Part shown: piece after piece, positions 46,603 to 55,637 of the stretch
How positions within the stretch are numbered: the first letter of the stretch is position 1
How the letters are laid out: every line of letters starts with the position of its first letter
The notes under the pieces: generated by a model
What the model saw: only the letters and a program-made list of their open reading frames with translations
Told to the model about the DNA's origin: nothing
Database searches by the model: none
Assembly (NCBI GenBank): GCA_040218735.1
Contig: JAVJQW010000011.1
Location: 96,001 to 160,000 of the forward strand
Origin: Deltaproteobacteria bacterium
GTDB taxonomy: Bacteria; Myxococcota; Kuafuiibacteriia; Kuafuiibacteriales; Kuafuiibacteriaceae
Direction of reading: 5' to 3'
DNA: 64,000 nucleotides
Translations under genes and position numbers: made by a program

Positions 46603-46774
46603 CGACCAGGTTCCTCGACCGCCCCGGACGAACGCGCCCGAGACACCTCGTCCGGGCTACGCTCGGGTCGAGGCGGACGCAGTAAAGCATCGATGCCGCC
46701 CGCCATAAACGGCGGACAGCGGCCTACACCGACGATGGGATGGTAAACGCGCCGTGCGCGGTGCGCGGCGGCGA

Positions 46775-47140
46775 TCAGGAGCGCTTCTGCCGGTGGTCGG
46801 TGCGCTCCTTGATGCGCGCCGCCTTACCGGAGAGGTTGCGGAGGTAGTAGAGCTTGGCGCGGCGGACCTGACCGTGGCTCTTGACCTCGATCTTGTCGAT
46901 CGCGGGCGTCGCGAGCGGGAAGATACGCTCGACGCCGACGCCGTGGGAGACCTTGCGGACCGTGATGCTCGCCCGGACGCCGCCCTTGCGGTGGCGAATG
47001 ACGATGCCCTCGAAGACCTGGATGCGCTCTTTGTCGCCTTCCTTGATCTTGGTGTGAACTCGAACCGTGTCTCCGATGCGGAGCGCCGGGTGGTCGTTGC
47101 GGATGTAGTTCTTTTCGATTTCGTCGATGACCGAGTTCAT
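46775..47140 (-). CDS. rplS: 50S ribosomal protein L19
   Basis: [23 protein letters not shown]...[15 protein letters not shown]...[10 protein letters not shown]. Confidence 0.99.
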   Translation of the reverse strand: MNSVIDEIEKNYIRNDHPALRIGDTVRVHTKIKEGDKERIQVFEGIVIRHRKGGVRASITVRKVSHGVGVERIFPLATPAIDKIEVKSHGQVRRAKLYYLRNLSGKAARIKERTDHRQKRS

Positions 47141-47226
47141 GATCCAAGCTCCCTGGGAGAGAGGCGTTTTCTTCTCAGGCGGTCGTCGCGTCAAGAGAAA
47201 AAGTCCATCGTCGGGCTTTCACGCCC

Positions 47227-48435
47227 TCACCGCTCCGACCGCAGCCGCTCCAGCTGACTCGCCATCGCCGCCAGCAGCGGGAGCCGGTTGAGGCGCGCCG
47301 TGCTCCGGACCGGCGGCAGCCAGCCCTGCACCGCGTCCTCGGGCGCCCCGAACGCCAAGACTCCCTCGCGAGGCGCCGCCACCGGCGCGGACCCGCGCGC
47401 CGCGCTCGAGCTGCCGTACAGCGGAGCGCCGATCGCCGCCCAGGTCGGCACGACCTCGATACGCCGCGACGTGACCAACCGCGCCCGCGGCGCCGGCCCA
47501 CGGCGCTGACGGCGCGATCGCTCGTCCGGCACGTCCACCTCGATCGCCGGGAGCGCCGCGACCTGGTCGGGGTCGCCCCCCACCCAGATCAACCGCGACA
47601 GCTCGTACGCGGCGGCGAGCCGCGCCAACGCGACCAGCGCCTCGGACGAGCGCGGCCCTGTGAAGGCCACCGCGGGACCCACGTCGGCGGTTGCACCGGG
47701 GAACGGGTCTTCGAGGCCCACCCCCTCGCGGCGCAACATCCGGCGCTCGTCTTTGGAGGCGCCGCGCGACACGAACAGATCGGGGCGCCGCGCCCGCGTC
47801 CGCCGCAGCGCCTCGGCGTACCGCCAGGCCTCGATGCGCTCGTGGTGCCCGGACGTGAGCACGTCGGGGACGTCGCGCCCCTCGAAGCTCGGCGGCCGGG
47901 TGTACTGCGGGTGCTCGAGGAGGCCGGCGGCGAACGAGTCGTGCTCGGAGGAGTCGGCGTTGCCGAGTGTTCCGGGGAGCAACCGCACGACGCCATCGAT
48001 AATGGTCAGCGCCGCGTACTCCCCTCCGGTGAGCACGAAGTCGCCGAGCGAGATCTCGTCGTCGACGAAGTCACGAATCCGCTCGTCGAACCCCTCGTAG
48101 CGCCCGGCGAGCAGCGCGAGGTGGCCGCCGGCGGCCCACCGCGAAAGATCCTTCTGCGCGAGCGGCCGGCCCTGGGGCGACATCATCACCACCGGGCCCG
48201 CGCCCTTCGCGCGCACGGCGCGGATCGCCGCGACGAGCGGCTCGACCTTCATCACCATCCCGGCGCCGCCGCCGTAGGGGGTGTCGTCGACGGTGCGGTG
48301 TACGTCGGACGTGAAGGTGCGCGGGTCGATGAAGTCGACGTGCGCCGCGCCGCCCGTGATCGCCTTGCCCACCAACCCCGTCGCCAGCGGTCCGGCGAAG
48401 AACTCGTGGAACAAGGTGATGACGTCGATCTTCAT
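47227..48435 (-). CDS. trmD: tRNA (guanine37-N1)-methyltransferase with ~170-aa C-terminal extension
   Basis: VDDTPYGGGAGMVM, SPQG, GRYEGFDER, SLGDFVLTGGE, LLEHPQYTRP. Confidence 0.97.
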   Translation of the reverse strand: MKIDVITLFHEFFAGPLATGLVGKAITGGAAHVDFIDPRTFTSDVHRTVDDTPYGGGAGMVMKVEPLVAAIRAVRAKGAGPVVMMSPQGRPLAQKDLSRWAAGGHLALLAGRYEGFDERIRDFVDDEISLGDFVLTGGEYAALTIIDGVVRLLPGTLGNADSSEHDSFAAGLLEHPQYTRPPSFEGRDVPDVLTSGHHERIEAWRYAEALRRTRARRPDLFVSRGASKDERRMLRREGVGLEDPFPGATADVGPAVAFTGPRSSEALVALARLAAAYELSRLIWVGGDPDQVAALPAIEVDVPDERSRRQRRGPAPRARLVTSRRIEVVPTWAAIGAPLYGSSSAARGSAPVAAPREGVLAFGAPEDAVQGWLPPVRSTARLNRLPLLAAMASQLERLRSER

Positions 48436-48965
48436 TCGAGGTCCAGCAACCCCGGCAGCGGCGTGAGGCGGAGCCGCCCTTGTCCGTCGAGGCCGGCCAC
48501 GAACACGTCGACGTACGGGACGAGCGCCTCTCCACCGTCCGGACGCTCGATCACCAGCATCGCCTGCGCGCCGTTGTCCCGTACGTCGGCGACGACGCCG
48601 AGGACGTCGCCGGTCTCGTCGTGGACGGCGGTCGCGCCGAACGCACGGTCCACGTCGTCGACGAGCGCGCCGGGGAGGTGGGCCGGATCGAGGTCGAGGA
48701 AACGACCGACGAGCGCTTCGGCGCGGCTCCGGTCGATGCCGTCGAGCCGCAGCACCGCGCGCGTCGGATCCACGAACCGCAGCGACGTGAGGACGAAGGT
48801 CTCCTCGTCACCCGCTTCGGTGGCGAGCGCGACGGACACCGGCCCGCGGACGCTCTTGGTCTTGTGGCTCTTGTCCCGGCGCGGCCGGAACAGGCGGACC
48901 GCCACGTGCCCTTCCAGGCCGTGGGGCTTACTGACGAGGCCCACCCGGTAGACGTAGGCGGACAC
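48432..48965 (-). CDS. rimM: Ribosome maturation factor RimM
   Basis: VGLVSKPHGLEG...GAQAMLVI...LVPYVDVFV...PGLLD; canonical operon position. Confidence 0.93.
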   Translation of the reverse strand: MSAYVYRVGLVSKPHGLEGHVAVRLFRPRRDKSHKTKSVRGPVSVALATEAGDEETFVLTSLRFVDPTRAVLRLDGIDRSRAEALVGRFLDLDPAHLPGALVDDVDRAFGATAVHDETGDVLGVVADVRDNGAQAMLVIERPDGGEALVPYVDVFVAGLDGQGRLRLTPLPGLLDLE

Positions 48966-48977
48966 GGTCGGGGGGAG

Positions 48978-49208
48978 CTACTCGATGATCTCGAGCGTGG
49001 AGCGCTTCTGCACCTTCATGGCTGCGGCCGACAGGATCGTACGCATGGCCTTCGCGGTGCGGCCCTTCTTGCCGATCACCTTGCCGAGGTCTTCCTTCGA
49101 AACCTTCAGCTTGATGATCGAAGCCTCTTCGTCGCCGAACTCCGTGACTTCGACGGTGTCGGGGGCATCGACGAGCGCTTTGGCGATGTACTCGATGAGG
49201 TCCTTCAT
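48978..49208 (-). CDS. khpA: KH-domain RNA-binding protein
   Basis: LIEYIAKALVD.P...DLGKVIGKKGRTAKAMRTIL. Confidence 0.95.
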   Translation of the reverse strand: MKDLIEYIAKALVDAPDTVEVTEFGDEEASIIKLKVSKEDLGKVIGKKGRTAKAMRTILSAAAMKVQKRSTLEIIE

Positions 49209-49226
49209 CTCGTGTCGCCTCGCGCT

Positions 49227-49706
49227 CTACTCGGACTTCTCGGCGTCGGTCGCCTCGGGCGCGGCCTCGCCTTCGGGCTTGGCTTCGGCGGGCGCGGCCT
49301 CTTCGGCCTTCGCCTCGGCGGCGGGCGCGGCTTCGGCCGCAGCGGCCTCCGCCTTCGGCTCGTCCTTCGGCGCGTCGGCCTTGGCGGCCTCCGCCTTCGG
49401 CTCGTCCTTCTTCGCCGGTGCGGCTTCGACGGGCGGCGCCTCGTACTTCGGCTTCGCCTGCGGGAGGACGTTGCCCTCCTTCTTCGCCTTCTTGATGAGG
49501 CTCTTCACGGTCGGTGACGTCTGCGCACCCACGCTCAACCAGTAGTCGATGCGGTCCTGCTTGAGGACGAGCACTTCCTTCGCGGGGATGTAGTAGCCGA
49601 GGTTCTCGACGAACCGGCCGTCACGGCGTGCACGCTGGTCGGCAGCCACGAGGTGGTAAACGGGGCGCTTTTTGGTACCGGCGCGCGCGAGTCTGAGGGT
49701 CAGCAT
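49227..49706 (-). CDS. rpsP: 30S ribosomal protein S16 with Ala/Glu/Lys/Pro tail
   Basis: LRLARAGTKKRPVYHLVAADQRARRDGRFVENLGYY...YWLSVGAQ. Confidence 0.98.
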   Translation of the reverse strand: MLTLRLARAGTKKRPVYHLVAADQRARRDGRFVENLGYYIPAKEVLVLKQDRIDYWLSVGAQTSPTVKSLIKKAKKEGNVLPQAKPKYEAPPVEAAPAKKDEPKAEAAKADAPKDEPKAEAAAAEAAPAAEAKAEEAAPAEAKPEGEAAPEATDAEKSE

Positions 49707-49793
49707 TCAGCCCAGCTCCTTGATATCGAATCCTCCCCGAGATGTAGGACGGGGAGGGCGGTCAATCGCGAATGCAGCCCGAGATGTCAACAA

Positions 49794-50864
49794 CTATCGG
49801 AGGACGTCGAAGACCGACACCACCACGATGAGCGCGGCGAGCAGGACGAACCCTCCGCCGTGGACCCAGGCCTCCACCCGCGAGTCGACCGGACGCCGCC
49901 GGATCAACCCGACGAGCAGGAACAAGAGCCGCGAACCGTCCAGGGCCGGGATGGGGAGGAGGTTGAAGATACCGAGCGCGATGGAGATGGCCGCCGCGAA
50001 GCTGAGGGCGTCGATCCAGGAGCGCTCGAACGCCCCGCCCATGGTCTTCACGATGCCGATCGGTCCGGAGACGTCGTCGATCCCGAAGACCCCGTCGATC
50101 ATCCCGGCGATCATCTTGAACGGGCTCTTGGTCCACTCGACGGTCCGACTCCAGGACTTGGCGAGCGCGTCCCCCACCGACAGGGGCGCGGCCTTCTTCT
50201 CGGTCGGCGCGAAACCGACGCCGACGCGCCAGCCCTCCCCGACCTTCTGCGGCGTCACCGTCACGACCTTCGTCTCGCTCTCGCGCCGCACGTCGAACGC
50301 GATGGCGGCCCCGCCGGAGTCGTCGATGGCCTTCAGGAAGTCCTCGACCGTCTCGAACGGCTTCCCGGCCACGCCGGTCAACAGGTCGCCCTTCTGCAAT
50401 CCGGCGGTCTCGGCGGGGGAGTCGGCGCTGACCGCGGTGACCTCGATCGGCGGCAGCGGCTCGTAGTTGAACGCCACCAGGAGGCCGAACCACAGCGTGA
50501 AGCCGAGTAGGTAGTTGGCGGCCGGGCCCGCGAGGATGGTCGCGAAGCGCTGGTGGAACGGGCGGCGCAGGTAACTCGTCGGGGCGTCGGGGTCCGTGCC
50601 GTCCTCCGGGTTCATGCCGTCGATCTGGACGAAGCCGCCGAACGGGATCGCGCAGATGGTGAAGGTCGTCTCGTTGCGCGTGACCTTCGCGATGATCGGA
50701 CCGAACCCGATCGAGAAGCGGCTGACGTTCATCCCGCTCCACTTCGCGGCGAAGTAGTGCCCCGACTCGTGGATGATGATCAGCAGGCCGACGGCGACGA
50801 TCGCGAGAGAGACGGAAACCGGATCCACGGGCCTAGTAGCCGATGCGTCTGTGCGAACAGTCAA
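49794..50864 (-). CDS. rseP: RseP-like M50 intramembrane metalloprotease with PDZ domain
   Basis: IHESGHY, FSIGFGP, IPFGGFV, AGPAAN, PDZ SPAETAGLQKGD, FNLLPIPALDG. Start uncertain (alternative GTG near 50828). Confidence 0.95.
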   Translation of the reverse strand: MTVRTDASATRPVDPVSVSLAIVAVGLLIIIHESGHYFAAKWSGMNVSRFSIGFGPIIAKVTRNETTFTICAIPFGGFVQIDGMNPEDGTDPDAPTSYLRRPFHQRFATILAGPAANYLLGFTLWFGLLVAFNYEPLPPIEVTAVSADSPAETAGLQKGDLLTGVAGKPFETVEDFLKAIDDSGGAAIAFDVRRESETKVVTVTPQKVGEGWRVGVGFAPTEKKAAPLSVGDALAKSWSRTVEWTKSPFKMIAGMIDGVFGIDDVSGPIGIVKTMGGAFERSWIDALSFAAAISIALGIFNLLPIPALDGSRLLFLLVGLIRRRPVDSRVEAWVHGGGFVLLAALIVVVSVFDVLR

Positions 50865-50920
50865 GCCTTGCCAGGTGCGCCGTTCGTGGCGGATATCCTG
50901 CCCCGCCCCCGGTCCGTCCG

Positions 50921-52225
50921 ATGCAGCTGCCGTACGAAGTCACCGTCGCGCTGAGGTACATGCGCTCGCGCAAGAAGGCGGGGATCTCGCTGACCAGCAC
51001 CCTGACCATCTCCGCGTTTGCGCTCGGGGTCACGGCGCTCACCGTGGTGACGTCGGTCTGGAACGGCTTCGAGGCGGAGTTCCTCGACAAGCTCCTCGGC
51101 ATCAACGCCCACGCGGTCGTGCTCAAGCGCGGCGACTTCTTCCGCGACCACGAAGAGGTCGCGGACAAACTCCGCCAGGACCCGAACATCCAGCACGTCG
51201 CCCCGTTTGTGTTCAGCGAGGTCATCGGGCAGAGCGCCAAGGGGATCCAGGGCCTGCTCATCAAGGGCATCGACCCGCGCCACACCATCGGGTCGCCGCT
51301 GGCGAAGTACATCTCCAAGGACGTCGAGCAGCAGCAGGCGGTGCTCGACGCCCTCCCCGTCTCCACGTCGACGTCCGCGCACAAGAAGACGAACCTCCCC
51401 GGCATCCTGATCGGCAACGACCTGCAAGAGGTCTTGCACACGAAGCCGGGCGGCGTGGTGTCGATCGTCTCGCCCTACGGCGGCAAGGGCGGGCAGGCGC
51501 GCACGAAGAGCTTCGAGGTCGTCGGCATCTTCCACTCCGGGATGTTCGAGTTCGACTCGCGGATGGTGTTCATCGATCTGAACGAGGCGCAGGCCTTCTT
51601 CCGGCTCTACGAGAACGTCACCGGCCTCGAGGTGTGGACGAAGGACCCGTTCGAGTCGCGCAACACGGTGTTCGCCGCGGCGCGCACGCTCGACCCCGAG
51701 GACCCCCTCGCCTACGACGTGAAGGACTGGTCGGTGACCAACCGCGGCATCTTCGGCGCTGTGCGGAGTCAGAAGGTGCTGATCAGCATCGTGCTGTTCT
51801 TCATCGTGATCGTGGCGTCGTTCATGATCCTCGCGACGCTGATCCTCCTGATCCTCGAAAAGGATCGCGAAGTCGCGATCCTGAAGGCGCTCGGCGCGAC
51901 CAACCAATCCATCCGGCGCATCTTCCTGTTGGACGGTCAGATCATCGGCCTCGTCGGCTGCGCGTTCGGCGTGGGGCTCGGACTGGCCGTGTGCGCGGTG
52001 CTCGAAGAGTACGGGCTGAAGCTCGACCCGCGTGTCTACTACCTCGAGCACCTCCCGATCGTCGTGCGCACGCACGAGATCATCGGGGTGTGCGTCGGCG
52101 CGATGATCCTCGCGACGCTCGCGGCGATCATCCCCGCGTGGGCGGCGTCGCGCATGCGGCCCGTCGACGGGCTGACCCGACGCGCGCAGGTGAAGGCCCC
52201 GGCGACCGAAGCGCCGAAGATCTGA
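50921..52225 (+). CDS. Lipoprotein-releasing ABC transporter permease, LolC/E family
   Basis: ALRYMRSRK, LGVTALTVVTSVWNGFE, VVGIFHSGMFEFD, EKDREVAILKALGAT, VYYLEHLP. Confidence 0.93.
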   Translation: MQLPYEVTVALRYMRSRKKAGISLTSTLTISAFALGVTALTVVTSVWNGFEAEFLDKLLGINAHAVVLKRGDFFRDHEEVADKLRQDPNIQHVAPFVFSEVIGQSAKGIQGLLIKGIDPRHTIGSPLAKYISKDVEQQQAVLDALPVSTSTSAHKKTNLPGILIGNDLQEVLHTKPGGVVSIVSPYGGKGGQARTKSFEVVGIFHSGMFEFDSRMVFIDLNEAQAFFRLYENVTGLEVWTKDPFESRNTVFAAARTLDPEDPLAYDVKDWSVTNRGIFGAVRSQKVLISIVLFFIVIVASFMILATLILLILEKDREVAILKALGATNQSIRRIFLLDGQIIGLVGCAFGVGLGLAVCAVLEEYGLKLDPRVYYLEHLPIVVRTHEIIGVCVGAMILATLAAIIPAWAASRMRPVDGLTRRAQVKAPATEAPKI

Positions 52226-52244
52226 TCTGCTACGGTCTCGGCCG

Positions 52245-52799
52245 ATGGGCCTGCTCTCAGACTTCAAACAATTCGTCCTCCGCGGAAACATCACCGACCT
52301 CGCGATCGGCTTCACGGTCGGCGCGGCGTTCACCACCGTCGTGAAGTCCGCGGTCGAAGACCTCGTGATGCCGCCGGTCGGATTGCTCGTCGGTGAGGTC
52401 GACTTCACGCAGCAGTTCTGGGTCCTCGCGCCGGGCAAGAACGGCGAGGCCGCGTTCGAGACGATGGCGCAGGCGAAGGCCGCCGGTGCGGTGACGCTGA
52501 ACTACGGCAACTTCATCAACAACTGCATCGCGCTGCTCGTCGTCGCGCTCGTGATGTTCGCGGTCGTGAAGTTCATCCGGCGTGTCGAGACGCAGATGGA
52601 GGAGGAAGCAGGCGGCGAGGCAAAGGCGCCCGAGGAGCCGGCGAACAAGAAGTGCCCCTTCTGCCTCGAGACGATCGCCTTCAAGGCGGTGCGCTGCCCC
52701 GAGTGCACGAGTGAGCTCGACGGCTTCCGCGCGCGGCGCGACAAGCCTGGGGTCGCGCTCAACGAGATGGGTGCCGCGGCGGACCAAAGTTCTCCGTAG
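52245..52799 (+). CDS. mscL: Large-conductance mechanosensitive channel with C-terminal zinc ribbon
   Basis: DFKQFVLRGNITDLAIGFTVGAAF...LNYGNFI; CPFC...RCPECTS. Confidence 0.95.
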   Translation: MGLLSDFKQFVLRGNITDLAIGFTVGAAFTTVVKSAVEDLVMPPVGLLVGEVDFTQQFWVLAPGKNGEAAFETMAQAKAAGAVTLNYGNFINNCIALLVVALVMFAVVKFIRRVETQMEEEAGGEAKAPEEPANKKCPFCLETIAFKAVRCPECTSELDGFRARRDKPGVALNEMGAAADQSSP

Positions 52800-53319
52800 A
52801 GAACTTGAACACCGCGACGTCGTCGCCCAGGTAGGCGTCCTGCGGGAGGCCCGCCTTCTCGCAGGTCATCGCGGCGAAGGTGCGCGCCGACCATTCCCGC
52901 TCGGCGGCGACCTGAGGGAGCAAGAGCCCGCGGCGCCCGCGGCCCTCGACGACGAGGCCGTCGCGACCCACGCGGATCTCGTCGATCGATTCGATCGGCT
53001 CGAGCGGGTTCAGGACCGAGATCTCGATCTCGAGGTCGTCGACCTCGGCCTCCACGACCGGCTCGAACCGCGGATCACGCAGCGCCGCGGCGCGGGCCAT
53101 GTCGGCGACGGCTTCGTGGAGCGGCTTCGTCGCGGCGGTGGTCCCCACGCAGCCGCGCAGCGCGCCCTCGGCGGTGTGGAGCGTGACGAACACGGCGCGC
53201 GGTGCGTCGAGGATCGCGTCCCCGTCGGGGCGCGGGATCTGCGCGCCGTCCCCGCGCGCGGCGGCGGCGACGGACCGACGCGCGAGGTCCAGGAGCTGGT
53301 GGTGAACCGCGGGCTCCAT
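52759..53319 (-). CDS. AMMECR1-domain protein (AmmeMemoRadiSam protein A)
   Basis: VFVTL...LRGCVG, AALRDPRFEP, EISVL, GRDGL...GLLLPQV, CEKAGL. Confidence 0.93.
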   Translation of the reverse strand: MEPAVHHQLLDLARRSVAAAARGDGAQIPRPDGDAILDAPRAVFVTLHTAEGALRGCVGTTAATKPLHEAVADMARAAALRDPRFEPVVEAEVDDLEIEISVLNPLEPIESIDEIRVGRDGLVVEGRGRRGLLLPQVAAEREWSARTFAAMTCEKAGLPQDAYLGDDVAVFKFSTENFGPPRHPSR

Positions 53320-53402
53320 CGTGCATTCGACCGTAGCGAATGGGGGCCGGTCCGACCAGGGATCGAACTTGGCGATCGGTTGCGGTATGAAGGGAGGGAG
53401 GC

Positions 53403-54335
53403 GTGCGCGACCAGCTCGATTTCGGTCTGGCGACGACCGACGCGCCCGCGGATCCGGATCGGACCGCGCGGCGACGGCGGCGGGCCCCCGTCGCTCGAAC
53501 GGCGCCCCAGCTCGCGCTGCCGCTGCGGGCGAAGGTGCAGGTCGCGACGGTCGATCCCGCCGACGTCGCCGACGCGCCCGACGACGCCGACGCGCCCGAC
53601 GGCGCCGATCCGTCCGACGTGGCGGACCGTCCCGACGTGGCCGACCCGACGCCGACGCTCCGTGGGAAGGTCCGCATCGAACAGGTCGCGCGGCGGGTGC
53701 TCGGACCGCGGGTCATCGTCACGCTCACGAAGAACCGCTCGACGATGATCTCCTGCCGCTCGAAGAAGGGCGTGGTGTACCTCCGCATCCACGCGATCTT
53801 CGCGGAGGCCCCGGAGGACGTGCTCGTCGCAGCGGTCCACTACGTCACCGGCAACCGGACGTCGCCGCGCGACGAAGCGAAGATCGACGCGTACATCGAG
53901 AAACACCGCGAGGTCGTGAAGCGCCCGGCGAAGGAGGCGATCCTCCAGCCGCACGGCGAGGTGCACGACCTCGAAGCGATGTACGACGACATGAACGCGC
54001 GCTACTTCGACGGCCGAATCACCGCGCGCATCACCTGGTCGCGCGCGCTGAAGAACCAGAAGCGACGCTCGATGCGGCTCGGCTCCTACTGCGACGAGAC
54101 GAAGATCATCCGCATCCACCCGGCGCTCGATCAGGCGTTCGTCCCCGCCTACTTCGTCGCATCGGTGGTCTTCCACGAGATGCTGCACGAGGTGCACGGC
54201 GCCCCGGAGCACCCCGAGAGCGGCCGCCGCGAAGTCCACACCCCCGCGTTCCTCGCGGACGAACGTAAGTTCGCGGACTACGAGCGCGCGCGAAAGTGGG
54301 AAGCGAAGCACTTGTCGCGCCTGCTGCGCTACTGA
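53403..54335 (+). CDS. SprT-like/M48-related zinc metalloprotease domain protein
   Basis: MNARYF, RLGSY, IRIHPALD, VVFHEMLH (HExxH), HTPAF; acidic low-complexity N-terminus. Confidence 0.82.
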   Translation: MRDQLDFGLATTDAPADPDRTARRRRRAPVARTAPQLALPLRAKVQVATVDPADVADAPDDADAPDGADPSDVADRPDVADPTPTLRGKVRIEQVARRVLGPRVIVTLTKNRSTMISCRSKKGVVYLRIHAIFAEAPEDVLVAAVHYVTGNRTSPRDEAKIDAYIEKHREVVKRPAKEAILQPHGEVHDLEAMYDDMNARYFDGRITARITWSRALKNQKRRSMRLGSYCDETKIIRIHPALDQAFVPAYFVASVVFHEMLHEVHGAPEHPESGRREVHTPAFLADERKFADYERARKWEAKHLSRLLRY

Positions 54336-54403
54336 CAACGCACCGACCTGCGAACCTTCTTACGGTTGTGCTTCACCAACCGGCGCTTCTACATTGCGCC
54401 GCG

Positions 54404-55078
54404 ATGTCCTGGACCACGATGGCCCTGCTCTCGATGCTCGCGACCGCCTACGGGGAGGCGGACGCCGGCAAGAAGGTCTTCCACGACGCGGGCCTCGGCA
54501 CGCGCGGCGTCTCCTGCGCGCACTGCCACGCGACGGAGGAAGACGAGAACACCGGTGACGGGCTGATCCGCGCCGGGCACACGCTCTTCGGCGTCGCCAA
54601 GCGCGGGGCGTGGCGCGGGGACACCAAGCGGAAGAAGTTCGCCACGCTGAGCGAAGCCGTCGACGAGTGTGTGCGGCTCTTCATGGGCACCGACGGCCTG
54701 GAGGGCGCCGACAAGATCACACTCGCCGCGTACCTCAAGTCGATCTCCAAGAAGAAGAAGGCTCGCCCCGATCTCGACACCGGCCTCGTCCCCAACAACG
54801 ACTACGACCGCCCCGAGTTCAACAACGGCGACGCCGACCGCGGCCGACCGCTCTTCTTCGCGGCGTGCCACTCGTGCCACCCGAGCGCCAAGGCCGGCAT
54901 CGCGCCGAGCCTCGAGAAGAGCAGCGTCGCGCTCGTCGCCCAGAAGGTTCGCGAGGGCAACGGTCTGCTCCGCGGCTCCCGCAAACCCGGCGAGTGGATG
55001 CCGTCCTTCGGACGCGAGCGCCTCACGGACCAGCAGGTCGCCGACATCGCGGCGTACGTGCAGACGACCCGCCCGTAA
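54404..55078 (+). CDS. Diheme c-type cytochrome, TsdA/SoxA-like fold
   Basis: Signal peptide; CAHCH and CHSCH; TL...DECVRLFMG; WMPSF. Confidence 0.85.
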   Translation: MSWTTMALLSMLATAYGEADAGKKVFHDAGLGTRGVSCAHCHATEEDENTGDGLIRAGHTLFGVAKRGAWRGDTKRKKFATLSEAVDECVRLFMGTDGLEGADKITLAAYLKSISKKKKARPDLDTGLVPNNDYDRPEFNNGDADRGRPLFFAACHSCHPSAKAGIAPSLEKSSVALVAQKVREGNGLLRGSRKPGEWMPSFGRERLTDQQVADIAAYVQTTRP

Positions 55079-55079
55079 C

Positions 55080-55637
55080 TCACTCCTCGGTCGGTGTCCC
55101 CAGCCAAGCGTTCTTCACGCCCGCGGCCACGCACGCATCGAGCAGCTCTTCGAACGCGTCGACGGACGCCGAGCCGAGGTCGAGATCGATCTCCAGCGCC
55201 CCGTCCTCGACCGCCGGATCCGACATGAAGTGCACCACACCGTAAGGCGCGTCGCCCTCTTCGTCCGAGGCGAACCACCGCTCGAACCACGCGACGAACG
55301 GCTCCACCTTCGCGTCGGCCGGCTCGAGGCGCAGCTTCACCGCGTCCCACATGAAGGGCGCGATCTCCACGACGAGGTTCTCGTACTCCAGCTCGCCCGG
55401 CTCGAAGTCGATCATCCGCTCGGAGTCGACCGCGTGCGTCGTGGCGTCTTCGCCGAGGACCGCGATGTCCACGCGCATCCCGAGCCCGTGAGGCCCCTCG
55501 CGCACGAGCGCCCCCGCTTCGTCGCGAAGCGCCGCCTCCATGCGAACGTCGCCCTGCCCCTTCAGCGCCGACGCCGCCGCGACGAGGTCGTCGACGTACA
55601 TCGTGCGGATGTCTTCCAGTAACTCGTTCAGGTTCAC
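55080..55637 (-). CDS. Acidic hypothetical protein
   Basis: 185 aa; GTGA overlap with the upstream cca stop implies translational coupling. Confidence 0.7.
   Translation of the reverse strand: MNLNELLEDIRTMYVDDLVAAASALKGQGDVRMEAALRDEAGALVREGPHGLGMRVDIAVLGEDATTHAVDSERMIDFEPGELEYENLVVEIAPFMWDAVKLRLEPADAKVEPFVAWFERWFASDEEGDAPYGVVHFMSDPAVEDGALEIDLDLGSASVDAFEELLDACVAAGVKNAWLGTPTEE

Noticed and set aside
49230-49440. Repeats in the S16 C-terminal tail (KDEPKAEAA twice)
   Set aside because: Low-complexity S16 extensions are common in high-GC bacteria.
49745-49790. rpsP promoter (TTGACA/TTGACC boxes)
   Set aside because: No -10 element at a proper 16-18 bp spacing could be assigned.
53550-53650. 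GACGCGCCCGAC-like repeats in the SprT-like gene
   Set aside because: Short, degenerate acidic linker with no sign of an independent element.
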